A stretch of 64,000 nt of DNA from Brachybacterium avium (GTDB taxonomy: Bacteria > Actinomycetota > Actinomycetes > Actinomycetales > Dermabacteraceae): positions 2,445,205 to 2,509,204 of the forward strand of contig NZ_CP022316.1 in the NCBI RefSeq assembly GCF_002216795.1, read 5' to 3'. The notes under the pieces were generated by a model. The model did not search any database. It was not told the origin of the DNA and was given only the letters and a program-made list of their open reading frames with translations. The position numbers were made by a program, and so were the translations under genes. Positions 19,602 through 29,121 of this stretch are shown piece by piece (position 1 is the first letter of the stretch; each line of letters opens with the position of its first letter).

Positions 19602-22600
19602 GCAACCGGACCTCGACCACCTCGCCGCGCAGCGGGAGATGCATCAGGATCCGCTGTGGTGCCCGGCCTGCCGCCGCCAGCGCGCGGGAGTAGGTGGACA
19701 GCTGCCCCAGGTACTCCCTCCGCACGTGCCCGACCGGATCCTCGCCCGGATACGATTTGTGATCCACCAGCACGATCTCGCCGGAGGGCAGGTGCAGCAG
19801 CGTGTCTACCCAGCCCTCCATCACCTGGGCATCCTCGTTCCACCAGGTGATCGGCTGCTCGGTGAGCTCTTCGGCGCCGGGGAAAGCGGCATCGACATGG
19901 TCCAGCCAGGCCTGCCCCGCTCCGGCCAGCGCGTCGGCGCCGAGCGCCCGCTGCACGCTCCAGCGCTGCACCAGTCGCCGTGCGGCCCGCTCGCGCTGGC
20001 CCGTGTCCAGGGCGCGCAGGGGCAGGGCGAGGTAGCCGTGCACGGCCTCGCCCACCCGCTCCCAGCCCTGACCACCGGCCGGGACCAGCCGTGGCCCGAT
20101 CCGCACCGGCTCCTGCACGGCGCCGAGCTCCTCGCGGGACTCGGTGCCCGAGGCCTGGAACCGTGCTGACGCGCCACGCACTGTGGCAGGGCGCGGCAGC
20201 GACAGATCGGTCGCGGCCAGCGGGCTGCGACCGGAGCGATAGCCGGGGGAGTCCTCGTCGACCTCGGTCGTCGTCGCCCGGACCACCGCGGGCAGCGTCA
20301 CCGATCCGAGCTGCAGCGCCTCGGTCCCGACCTCCCAGCGCACCAGCGGCTCCTCGCCCGGCTCCGGCAGCAGGGCGTCCAGCACCGGCGCGGAGCCGTG
20401 ACCGCTGAGCACCGTCACGTCCCGCGCCCGGGTGAGCGCGACGTACTGCAGGCGCCCGGCCTCGTCCCGCTCCGTCTCCGCGCTGCGCAGCGCATGCGCG
20501 GATTCCGCGAGCCGCTCCTGCAGGGGGGCGAAGCGGGGGAGCACCTTCGGCCAGTAGCGCAGGGCACGGCCGGTCAGCGGCTCCATCACGTCCAGCTCTG
20601 CGGCCGGGACCACGAACACGCCGCTGGTGCCGGAATGCTCTTTGGGATCCTGCTGCATGACCACCACCTGGGGCCACTCCAGGCCCTTCGCGCCGTGGAT
20701 CGTGCCCACCCAGACGGTGCCGGGGGTGCCGGTCAGGTCCGGGCCGCGGTCGGTGTCCTCGAGCGCCGCCCGCAGCCCGGTCAGCGTGATCGGGGCGGAG
20801 GCGGAACGAGCCTGGTCGGCGTACTCCGCGGCGACCTTGCGCAGCGCGTCCAGGGTGCGCAGCCGCTGGTCCGGGGTGGACCAGGAACGGATCAGCTCGG
20901 GCAGGTCGAGGGCGTCGGCGAGGCCGGTGATCATCTCGACGGGGGTGAGGGAGATGCACTCCTCGCGCAGGCTTCGCAGCCCGGCGAGCACATCGGCCTG
21001 CCACCAGGAGCGGAAGACCTGCCGTCGGGCCTCGTCGTCCGGCGCGGCGGTGAGCTGGGCGAACCAGCGGCCGTGCGCGGGATGCCCGGTCAGCAGGTCC
21101 ACCAGTTCGGTGAGGGCGAGGGTGTCGCTGCCGTCGAGGGTGACCGCGAGCGCCGCGCGCATGAGGCGACCCTCCCGGGAGGCGAGCAGCGGCACCCCCT
21201 CGCCGGAGGCGGGGATCCCGCGGGCGGTGAGCGCCTCGACCACCTGTGCGGCCTGGGCGTTCGAGCGGACCAGCACGGCGATGTCCTCCGGCCCCGCGCC
21301 CTCCTCGGACAGCAGCGAGAGCACTCCGTCGGCGACGCCGCGCGCATGCTTGGCCTGCGACGGCCGGCCACTGTACTGCGGGGTCCAGGCCTCGAGCCGG
21401 CCCTCCGGATGGTCGCGCTCGGCCCGGGCGCGTGCCGCCTCGGGCGCCGCGGTGAGCACCACCTGCGCTCGGGGGAGCTGCGGGAAGATCCGGGGGAACA
21501 CCTGGTTGACCAGCTCGAGCACCTGGTCCTGGGAGCGCCAGGAGTGCTCGAGATCGTCGACCGTGCCCTCGCCGAGCGTCGAGGAGCCGGCGCGGATCTC
21601 GTCCAGCACCCCCAGCATGAGGTCCGGGTCTGCGTCGCGGAAGCTATAGATCGCCTGTTTCGGGTCCCCCACCCAGATCAGGTCCTCGACCAGCTCGCCG
21701 AGGGCCAGGAACAGGGCGAGCTGGATGGGGGAGGTGTCCTGGAACTCGTCGACCGCGAGCAGCCGGAACCGGGAGCGGACTGCGGTGCGGGCGCGCTCGC
21801 TGCGGCGCAGCACCTCCAGGGCGAGGACCTCCTGGTCGATGAAGTCCATCAGCCCCAGCTCGTCCTTGTACCGCGCGTAGGCGTCCAGGGAGGTGGCCGC
21901 AGTGGTCATGACCAGGGTGATCAGCGCGCGCACATCGGCTTGGAACTGCGGGTTCGCCGGCAGTTCGGCCTTGATCTGCTGCGCGATACCCACCAGCGCC
22001 GTGTCCGTGTCCTTGCCGTAGACATACCCTTTCTCGCCGCCGGCGGCCTTGGAGGCGGTGACGGCGGAGAGCTTCGCCCACTGGGACCAGGGAGCCCGGT
22101 CCCGGCGCGCCAGGGTGCGGCGCAGCGATTCCAGCGCGTCGATCCCCTTCCGCACCGAGTTCAGCGATCCCTTGGCGATCGGCGGCTTGCCGGCACCGGT
22201 CGCGGGCGCCTCGGAGGCGGCGAGGTCCTCGCGCAGGCCCCGGATCGCCGTCTCCAGGCCGCTGAGCCAGGCGGCGCGCCGGTCCGGTCCCTCCACGAGC
22301 CGTGCGGCCCCGCGGTACTCCTGCCAGGCGGTATCGGCCGCGTCCCGCAGCTGTTGCGCGCCGATGGCGTTGGTCCGCGCCTTCTCGGCGAGGGAGCGCA
22401 CGTGGGCGCGCCAGGACGGGGAGCTGCCGAAGGAGAAGGCGGGATCCTCGTCGCCATCGTGCTCGGTGCGGGCCAGCAGGTCGCTGGCGCGGGAGCCCGC
22501 CTCGGCGGCGGCCTCGTCGATCGCGGCGGAGAATGCGGCCTTCTGCCGGACCTCGTCCAGCTCCTGCACATCGGGCGAGATCCCGAGATCCAGCGCGAAT

Positions 22601-22881
22601 TCGCGCACCAGGCGCCCCGCCACCGAGTTGACGGTGCCGATCAGGGCGCTGCCGACGCCCTGGGCATCGTCGAAGCGGTGCTGCTCCAGCAGCGTGCGGT
22701 GCACGCGGTCCACCAGCTCGGAGGCCGCTCTGCGGGTGAAAGTGGTCGCGATCAGCTGCGAGGGGTGCAGGCCCTCCCCGATGCGGTCGGCGATCTCGTG
22801 GGTCAGCCGGTGGGTCTTGCCGGACCCTGCCGAGGCGTTGATCAGGGTGAAGCTCATCGTCCGTCTCCGATCAGCCCGCAC
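19585..22881 (-). CDS. UvrD/AddA-type ATP-dependent helicase with C-terminal PD-(D/E)XK nuclease
   Basis: 1098 aa. Walker A INASAGSGKTHRLT. UvrD motifs (DEFQDTSPIQ, VGDPKQAIYSFR). Nuclease-type C-terminus. Confidence 0.85.
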   Translation of the reverse strand: MRADRRRTMSFTLINASAGSGKTHRLTHEIADRIGEGLHPSQLIATTFTRRAASELVDRVHRTLLEQHRFDDAQGVGSALIGTVNSVAGRLVREFALDLGISPDVQELDEVRQKAAFSAAIDEAAAEAGSRASDLLARTEHDGDEDPAFSFGSSPSWRAHVRSLAEKARTNAIGAQQLRDAADTAWQEYRGAARLVEGPDRRAAWLSGLETAIRGLREDLAASEAPATGAGKPPIAKGSLNSVRKGIDALESLRRTLARRDRAPWSQWAKLSAVTASKAAGGEKGYVYGKDTDTALVGIAQQIKAELPANPQFQADVRALITLVMTTAATSLDAYARYKDELGLMDFIDQEVLALEVLRRSERARTAVRSRFRLLAVDEFQDTSPIQLALFLALGELVEDLIWVGDPKQAIYSFRDADPDLMLGVLDEIRAGSSTLGEGTVDDLEHSWRSQDQVLELVNQVFPRIFPQLPRAQVVLTAAPEAARARAERDHPEGRLEAWTPQYSGRPSQAKHARGVADGVLSLLSEEGAGPEDIAVLVRSNAQAAQVVEALTARGIPASGEGVPLLASREGRLMRAALAVTLDGSDTLALTELVDLLTGHPAHGRWFAQLTAAPDDEARRQVFRSWWQADVLAGLRSLREECISLTPVEMITGLADALDLPELIRSWSTPDQRLRTLDALRKVAAEYADQARSASAPITLTGLRAALEDTDRGPDLTGTPGTVWVGTIHGAKGLEWPQVVVMQQDPKEHSGTSGVFVVPAAELDVMEPLTGRALRYWPKVLPRFAPLQERLAESAHALRSAETERDEAGRLQYVALTRARDVTVLSGHGSAPVLDALLPEPGEEPLVRWEVGTEALQLGSVTLPAVVRATTTEVDEDSPGYRSGRSPLAATDLSLPRPATVRGASARFQASGTESREELGAVQEPVRIGPRLVPAGGQGWERVGEAVHGYLALPLRALDTGQRERAARRLVQRWSVQRALGADALAGAGQAWLDHVDAAFPGAEELTEQPITWWNEDAQVMEGWVDTLLHLPSGEIVLVDHKSYPGEDPVGHVRREYLGQLSTYSRALAAAGRAPQRILMHLPLRGEVVEVRLHEHAR

Positions 22882-25601
22882 AGCTGGGCGTAGTCTCCGA
22901 TGCCGCAGTGGTCCTCGACCAGCACCCGTCCCCGCCCGCGGGCGGCCTCGCGCGCCGTCCCGATCGCGGTGCGGCGCTTGGCGTAGGGCGCATCGGTCTT
23001 CAGGCCTGCCTCATCGAGCAGGGTCCGGCAGCCGAGCCGCACCTGTCCCGCGGCGATCTCGTCGAGCGCCTCGGAGGCGCTGGCGAGCATCCGCTGCCAG
23101 GCGTCGTCGACGTCCATCGGGGGGCGGTGGCGCGGATCCAGGGCCGGCTCAGCGGCGACGAACTCTCCGCTGCGCAGCAGGAAATACCCCACCCCAGCAG
23201 GCTCAGCCGGCTCAGCAGATTCGCCCGGCCCTGCTGCCTCCTGGGCGAGCGACCAGGCGTAGGTGGCGAGCTGGATCGCGTCCCCGCTGTCATAGAGATC
23301 CGCGTAGCGGCGCAGGCTGCTGGTCCACTTCAGGTCCAGGATCAGCGGTCTCCCGGCGGCGTCGACGGCGTCCACGTCCCGGGAGCCGGCGATGATCACC
23401 GGGTGCGGTCCGGTGTCCAGCGGCAGCTCCAGCGGCAGTTCGAAACGGGTCTCGGTGCCGGTGATCTGCAGGCCGGCCTCGGCGGTGCGCCCGAACAGCT
23501 CGGCGAGGGAGCGGCCGGCGCGGCCGCGGATCTCGGCACGCTCGGCGGCGCGGCCGGGCAGGTCCAGCTCGGAGGCGAGCTGCGGGACCAGCTGGTCGAA
23601 GACCTCGCCGATGCGCTCGGCCGACGGGGGTGTCAGCGACCGGCCGCGCTCCTGCACGAGGGTCTCCACCACCGCGTGCACCAGGGTGCCGATCATCCGC
23701 GGCCCGGTGGGCAGGGCCGCGACGGAGGCCGGGCGGATCCCCAGCGCGTACTGCAGCACCCAGCGGTGCGGGCAGCCGATGAGCGTGTCGAGCTGGCTGT
23801 ACGAGACCCGGCTCGGCAGCAGATGCGTGAGGTCCCCCGCCGTGCGCGAGGCGGAGGTGTCGGGGCAGGGGTGCTCCTCGGCGGGGGTCCGCACCTCCAG
23901 GCTGCGCCCTGCGAGGGACCAGCGGTCGCCGTCCAGCAGCGATTCCGGGGTGAGCCGGTCCTGTTCCGTGCGCCCGGCATCGGTCTCCAGGCGGGCGAGC
24001 AGGCTGCTGGGCCGCCCGGCGTCCTCGAGCCGCCTTCCCGGCAGCACCGCGATCACCGTGTCCGCCCCGGCCAGGCCCGCGATCCCAGCCTCGACCTGCA
24101 GGGCGGTGAGTGTCTCGGGCTCCAGCAGGTGGGCTCCGCCGGCGGTCAGCGCCGCAGTCTCCCCCTCGTCCCAGAGGACCGGGGGCGAGACGCCGTCCGC
24201 CTCCGGACCCCACCACAGCACGGTGCCGCCGGTGGCCGGCAGCTGGGCGGGGCGGGTGGTCACGGTCCACTCCGCGACCTCCGCGCCGGCGAGAGCGGAG
24301 CTGCCCCCGCCGCCGCAGGCGTCGATGATCTGCTGCACGGTGCGGCGGCTGAGCGGGGTCGAGGGGTCGAGCATCCCCAGCACCTGGCGCAGCGTCTGCA
24401 CCTGGGTGAGGCTCGCCCGCAGGTCGCCGTCGCGGTGGCCGACGGCGCGCAACCTGTCCGCGAGCCATCCCAGACGGGTGGAGAGCACCTCCGGGAACAG
24501 GGCATCAGCCGGGAGCGGATCGGTCACCAGGCGATCGATCTCGCGGGCAGAGACCATCACCTTCGCCGCGTCCTCGCGCTCCTGCAGCCGGGCGAGGGCC
24601 TCGCGCCAGGCCGGGCCGCCCACCCCGGGCTCGCTCGCCAGCGCGCGCAGCAGCGCCCGGCGCACCGGTGCCGGCACCAGCCCGATCGGGTCCCCCTCGG
24701 CCTCGAGCGCGGGCAGCACCCGCAGATCCAGCAGTGCGGCGAGCTGGTGGACATCCACCGGCGCGGTCGCGACGTCCAGGTACAGCCCCAGCACCTGGTG
24801 GGAGGCACGATCGGTGGAGCTCTCCACCGCGCCCACCGCCGGCAGCTCCCGCCGGTGCAGGGCCGCGTCGAGCACGGCGGTATCCGTGGTGGCCAGCACA
24901 TGCAGTCCCGTGGAGGGACCGGCGGCGAGGTACCGCGCGGCGACATCCGCGGCGGTCCATTCATCGCGGCACTGGACCACGACCACCTCGGGCGGTGCCC
25001 CGTCGCGGGCACTGCGCCGCGCGACCTCGACCCCGGCCGCGCCCAGCAGCGTCAGCAGTCGCGGCCACAGCCCGGGCAGGTTCGCCGGATCCTCCGCCGC
25101 GAGCAGACGGTCGATCCCGAGCGGCCAGTCGGCGCCTTCCCGCGCGAGCTCGGCGACCACCTCGGCGAGATCGTCGGCAGCACCCGGGGCGAGCGTCGCC
25201 GGATCCCCGTCGGCATCGACCGTGCCGGGCATCCCCACCACCGCATGACGCTCCACTGCGGCCAGTGCCGCGAGCCGCGGCGGCAGATCCGCATCCTCCG
25301 CCGCTCGCCACCCGGCGTCCACCGCGGCGTCGCGCCAGCCCAGCAGCTGCCGGGCGGTGCTCCACGGGTCGAGCGCGAAGGAGCGTGCGGGCCAGAACCC
25401 GTCCTGCTCGCACTGCTCGATGAGCCGCAGGTACTGCGCGGTCCGCACCGCCGGATCGATCGAGGGTCGGCTCAGCCCCAGCCGGGTCTGCAGCAGACCG
25501 AGCAGCCCGCGCGGCCCCATCCGCACCTGTCCGGCCGTCCCGCCGGAGGCGGCGTCGGCCCAGGAGGCGCCGTCGAGGGACCAGCCGAACTCGATCTGCA
25601 T
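22854..25601 (-). CDS. AddB/AdnA-like PD-(D/E)XK nuclease subunit (no Walker A)
   Basis: 915 aa, first in the operon. C-terminal nuclease motif (ILDLKWTSS...Y). No P-loop was found. Overlaps the helicase gene by 28 nt. Confidence 0.7.
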   Translation of the reverse strand: MQIEFGWSLDGASWADAASGGTAGQVRMGPRGLLGLLQTRLGLSRPSIDPAVRTAQYLRLIEQCEQDGFWPARSFALDPWSTARQLLGWRDAAVDAGWRAAEDADLPPRLAALAAVERHAVVGMPGTVDADGDPATLAPGAADDLAEVVAELAREGADWPLGIDRLLAAEDPANLPGLWPRLLTLLGAAGVEVARRSARDGAPPEVVVVQCRDEWTAADVAARYLAAGPSTGLHVLATTDTAVLDAALHRRELPAVGAVESSTDRASHQVLGLYLDVATAPVDVHQLAALLDLRVLPALEAEGDPIGLVPAPVRRALLRALASEPGVGGPAWREALARLQEREDAAKVMVSAREIDRLVTDPLPADALFPEVLSTRLGWLADRLRAVGHRDGDLRASLTQVQTLRQVLGMLDPSTPLSRRTVQQIIDACGGGGSSALAGAEVAEWTVTTRPAQLPATGGTVLWWGPEADGVSPPVLWDEGETAALTAGGAHLLEPETLTALQVEAGIAGLAGADTVIAVLPGRRLEDAGRPSSLLARLETDAGRTEQDRLTPESLLDGDRWSLAGRSLEVRTPAEEHPCPDTSASRTAGDLTHLLPSRVSYSQLDTLIGCPHRWVLQYALGIRPASVAALPTGPRMIGTLVHAVVETLVQERGRSLTPPSAERIGEVFDQLVPQLASELDLPGRAAERAEIRGRAGRSLAELFGRTAEAGLQITGTETRFELPLELPLDTGPHPVIIAGSRDVDAVDAAGRPLILDLKWTSSLRRYADLYDSGDAIQLATYAWSLAQEAAGPGESAEPAEPAGVGYFLLRSGEFVAAEPALDPRHRPPMDVDDAWQRMLASASEALDEIAAGQVRLGCRTLLDEAGLKTDAPYAKRRTAIGTAREAARGRGRVLVEDHCGIGDYAQLCGLIGDGR

Positions 25602-25738
25602 GAACGCTCCTGTGTCGCAGGTCTCAGGCCCCTGTGGGACCGCAGTCCCACCCTAGGGGAGGGGCCGACGTCCGAGCCCTGCGACGCAGCCATCGCGGGC
25701 CAGGAGATCAGGAGACCACCGCCGAGGCCCCGGAGAGC

Positions 25739-27238
25739 TCAGAAGCGCGCGAACTCCCGCACCCACGCCGCCTCGGACTGCACGGGCCGTCCGGGCACCA
25801 GCGCGCCGTCGGCCACGAAGCCCTCCTCGCGCCCGGCCAGCTCCCCGGCCAGCAGTTCGCGAAGACCTGCCAGCTCCTCCGCGTGCTCCGCCGAGTCGGC
25901 GAGGTCCCGCTCCTCGTGCGGATCGGCCTCGAGATCGAAGAGCTGTTCGTGCCCGTCGCCGGAGAACCACACGTACTTGAAGCGCTCGGAGCGGATCCAC
26001 TGCATCGAGTGACGCCCCAGCGAGCCGATCAGATGCTCCCCGTGCAGATGGTCGCGCACCGTGCCGCCGGCCGTCGCCGCACGCAGATCGCCGCCGTCCA
26101 GACCCTCCGGCACCTCGACGCCGGCGAGCCCCAGCATCGTCGGCATCAGGTCCCGCAGCTCGGCGATCCCGGCGACCTCTCCCGGCGCTCCCCAGCCCTC
26201 CCGCCAGCGCGGCGGGACATGCATCACCAGCGGCACCCGGGCGGAGCCCTCGTATCCCACGGACTTCCGGTACATGTCGTGATCGCCCATCATGTCGCCG
26301 TGGTCGGAGACGAACACGATCACGGTGTCCTCGAGCAGGCCCTGATCCGAGAGCGTCTCCTTCAGCCGGTTCAGCTGCAGGTCGATGAACTCGATCGATC
26401 CGTAGTAGCCGGCCCGCACCTGCTGGTGGGTGCTCTCCTTCTGCGCCCCGAACTCCGCCTCGGAGCCGAAGTCGTGGCGGTGCTCGTCGAACCGGACGAC
26501 CCAGTCGCCCATCGCCCGCCGGGGGGACCGGCGATCGCGGTACTTGTCCCACAGCCACTGCGGGGGATCGAACGGTGCATGCGGCCGATGGAAGGACATG
26601 TAGAGGAAGAACGGTCGGGTCGGATCGCGCCGTTCGAGGAAGCGGAACGACTCATCGGCCACCCAGCGGGTGGGGTGCAGCCGCTCCTGACGCTCCCAGG
26701 GCCGGGCCGTCATCGCATTGCACCCGATCCCCGTCTCCTGGTAGTCGGCACGCGGATCACCGGTCTCGCGACGGAGGAACTCCACGTAGTCGTCGATCCG
26801 GGCCGACGGGCCGCGGCTGAGCTGCCGTGAGGTGTGCAGGAATCCGTCGTGCAGGAGCACCTCGTCGAAGCCGCACCGCGCGCGATCGGGGAACACGTGC
26901 ATCTTCCCCACGCCGAAGGTCTGGTACCCGGCCTCGCCCAGCGTGGACTGCAGCGTCACCGGATATGCATCGGGGAAGGAGATCCCTTCCCGGTAGCCGT
27001 AGCGACCGTGCAGGGCGGGGGACTTCCCGGTGAACATCGCGACCCGCGCGGGAACGCACGTCGGGGTGGCGGAATAGGCCCGGGTGAATCGGTATCCGCC
27101 CCGCGCCATGTCGTCGAGGTTCGGGGTGTCGATGTGGTCGTTGCCGGCGACGCCCATCGCATCGGCGCGCATCTCGTCGACGCAGACCAGGATGATGTGG
27201 GGTCGTTCGTAGGAGGGGGTGGTCACGGCAGCGGTCAA
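25739..27238 (-). CDS. Cys-type sulfatase
   Basis: HIILVCVDEMRADA... with the C-V-P-A-R motif (TPTCVPARVAMFTGK). TTG start at 27238 (overlapping the permease stop) or GTG at 27229. The ORF extension to 27652 is antisense to the permease. Confidence 0.8.
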   Translation of the reverse strand: MTAAVTTPSYERPHIILVCVDEMRADAMGVAGNDHIDTPNLDDMARGGYRFTRAYSATPTCVPARVAMFTGKSPALHGRYGYREGISFPDAYPVTLQSTLGEAGYQTFGVGKMHVFPDRARCGFDEVLLHDGFLHTSRQLSRGPSARIDDYVEFLRRETGDPRADYQETGIGCNAMTARPWERQERLHPTRWVADESFRFLERRDPTRPFFLYMSFHRPHAPFDPPQWLWDKYRDRRSPRRAMGDWVVRFDEHRHDFGSEAEFGAQKESTHQQVRAGYYGSIEFIDLQLNRLKETLSDQGLLEDTVIVFVSDHGDMMGDHDMYRKSVGYEGSARVPLVMHVPPRWREGWGAPGEVAGIAELRDLMPTMLGLAGVEVPEGLDGGDLRAATAGGTVRDHLHGEHLIGSLGRHSMQWIRSERFKYVWFSGDGHEQLFDLEADPHEERDLADSAEHAEELAGLRELLAGELAGREEGFVADGALVPGRPVQSEAAWVREFARF

Positions 27239-28149
27239 CCTTTCACTGCGCCGGAGAAGGACTCGATGAAGTACTTCTGGAGAACGATGAATACGATGAT
27301 GATCGGCAGCAGGGCGATCGTCGACGCGGCCGACATCATGCCCCAGTCGCTGAAATACTGGTTCTGGAGGCTGTAGATGCCCACGGCGAGCGTGCGCAGA
27401 TCCGGCTGGGAGAGCGTGAGCACCAGGGGGAGCAGGAAGTCGTTCCAGGCGTGCATGAACTGCAGGATGACCGCAGTGGCGAGGACGGGTTTCGCCAATG
27501 GGAGGTAGACCTGCGCGAAGATGCGGAGGAACCCCGCACCGTCCATGGTCGCCGCCTCTTCGAGCTCTTTGGGGAGCTGCGCGAAATAGCCGGCGAAGAG
27601 GAGCACGACGATCACGCTCACGCCGCCCGCCTCGGCGAGCGTGATGCCCCACAGGCTGCCCGAAAGTCCGAGGCTGTCGATCAGGTCGAAGATCGGGATC
27701 ACGGTGTATCCCTGCGGGAGGAATACGACCAGTGCGAGCAGCGCGTAGATGACCTTCTTCCCCGGGAAGGTGTAGCGGCCGAGGACGTATCCGAGAAGGG
27801 CGTTCACGGTCACGGAGATCAGGATCGACATCCCGGTCACGAAGATCGTGTTCAGGAAATACCGGCCCATGTCGGCTTCGTGCCAGGCGCGGACATAGCT
27901 GTCCAGGTGGAGTGTCGAGGTGAACGGGTTCAAGGACCCGAAGATCTCCGCGTTCGACTTCAGCGAGCTGGAGAACACCCAGATGAAGGGGTAGACCCAG
28001 ACCAGCGCGATCGGCAGCAGGATGAAGATGCCGACGATCAGCGCGAGCCGTTCGGAGCGCTTGAGGCGCCGGCGGCGGGGCGAGGGCTGCGGCGCCTCTT
28101 CGGTCGCGGCGACTCCCGCGTCCGGCATCGCTGTGGTGTTCAGGCTCAT
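27235..28149 (-). CDS. carbohydrate ABC transporter permease (MalG-like)
   Basis: Start MSLNTTAMPD. 305 aa. The EAATMDGAGFLRIF motif is typical of sugar ABC permeases. Confidence 0.8.
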   Translation of the reverse strand: MSLNTTAMPDAGVAATEEAPQPSPRRRRLKRSERLALIVGIFILLPIALVWVYPFIWVFSSSLKSNAEIFGSLNPFTSTLHLDSYVRAWHEADMGRYFLNTIFVTGMSILISVTVNALLGYVLGRYTFPGKKVIYALLALVVFLPQGYTVIPIFDLIDSLGLSGSLWGITLAEAGGVSVIVVLLFAGYFAQLPKELEEAATMDGAGFLRIFAQVYLPLAKPVLATAVILQFMHAWNDFLLPLVLTLSQPDLRTLAVGIYSLQNQYFSDWGMMSAASTIALLPIIIVFIVLQKYFIESFSGAVKG

Positions 28150-29120
28150 CGGTCGAGCCTCGCTCTCTGATCGGCGACGAGTTTCAGCGCCCAGGCCTGC
28201 AGCAGGGCGATCAGCAGGGTGGCGAGTCCGAAGAAGCAGCCTGCCGCAGAGGCGTAGCCGAGGCGTGGTATCCCTCCGGCGGCATCCGGTGCGAAGGCGG
28301 TGCGGAAGATATATACCTCCACGACCTCCGAGGAGTAGTACGGGCCACCACCGGTCAACGCCTGGATCAGGGCGAAGGCGTGCAGGTTCTCGTTCGCGGT
28401 GAGGATCACGATGATCACCGCGAAGGGGATCAGGATCGGCAGGGTGATCTTGATGAGCTGCTGGACGGCGCCGGCCCCGTCGACCTCGGCAGCCTCGTAG
28501 TACTCCGACGGCACGGTCTGCAGCGCAGCGAGCCAGTAGATGAGGGTCATCCCGAAGTTCTTCCACGTATGGAGCAGCAGTGCGCTCCACAGTGCCAGGT
28601 GCGGATCTGACAGGAACTCGATCGGGGTGTCGGTGAGCCCAGTGCTCTTGAGGAAGAAGGCGATCGGCCCGTTGCTGGGGGAGAGGACGAAGGTGAGCAC
28701 GACGCCGATGACCGAGGCGGCCGCCATCACCGGCAGGAAGAACACCGTACGGAAGAAGGTCGAGAGTCTGCCGCGGATGATGTTGTTCAGGACGATCGCG
28801 AGGATCAGTGCGAGCGCGACGCGCAGCGGGACCCCGATGAGGACGAAGACCATCGAACGGCCGAAGGATCCCCAGAACATCCCGTCGCCGAGGAGCTCGC
28901 GGTAGTTGGACAGGCCCACGAAGCTCTTGGCATCGCTGAACCCGTTCCACTGCGTGAGGGAGAAGTACCAGGAGGCGCCCATCGGGTAGAAGACGAACAT
29001 GGCGGTCAGCACCATGCCGGGGATGATGAAGAGATAGATCCAGAACAGATCACCGCGGCGCGCGCGCACCCGCCGGGCGGGCGCGCGCCGACGAGGCGGC
29101 GAGAGGGCGGTCGAGGTCAT
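28146..29120 (-). CDS. carbohydrate ABC transporter permease (MalF-like)
   Basis: Start MTSTALSPP. 325 aa, 6 TM. EAAEVDGAGAVQQLIKITLP motif. Confidence 0.8.
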   Translation of the reverse strand: MTSTALSPPRRRAPARRVRARRGDLFWIYLFIIPGMVLTAMFVFYPMGASWYFSLTQWNGFSDAKSFVGLSNYRELLGDGMFWGSFGRSMVFVLIGVPLRVALALILAIVLNNIIRGRLSTFFRTVFFLPVMAAASVIGVVLTFVLSPSNGPIAFFLKSTGLTDTPIEFLSDPHLALWSALLLHTWKNFGMTLIYWLAALQTVPSEYYEAAEVDGAGAVQQLIKITLPILIPFAVIIVILTANENLHAFALIQALTGGGPYYSSEVVEVYIFRTAFAPDAAGGIPRLGYASAAGCFFGLATLLIALLQAWALKLVADQRARLDR

Positions 29121-29121
29121 C

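Noticed and set aside
19598-22893. ORFs 19598-21004 (-), 20398-22893 (+), 20627-21649 (+)
   Set aside because: Alternative frames or antisense over the UvrD-type helicase gene, which carries a full motif set.
22908-26012. 1034-aa plus-strand ORF; also 23290-24468 (-), 23392-25248 (+), 25653-26558 (-), 25634-26830 (+)
   Set aside because: Antisense or alternative frames of the AddB-like nuclease and sulfatase genes. Compositionally biased.
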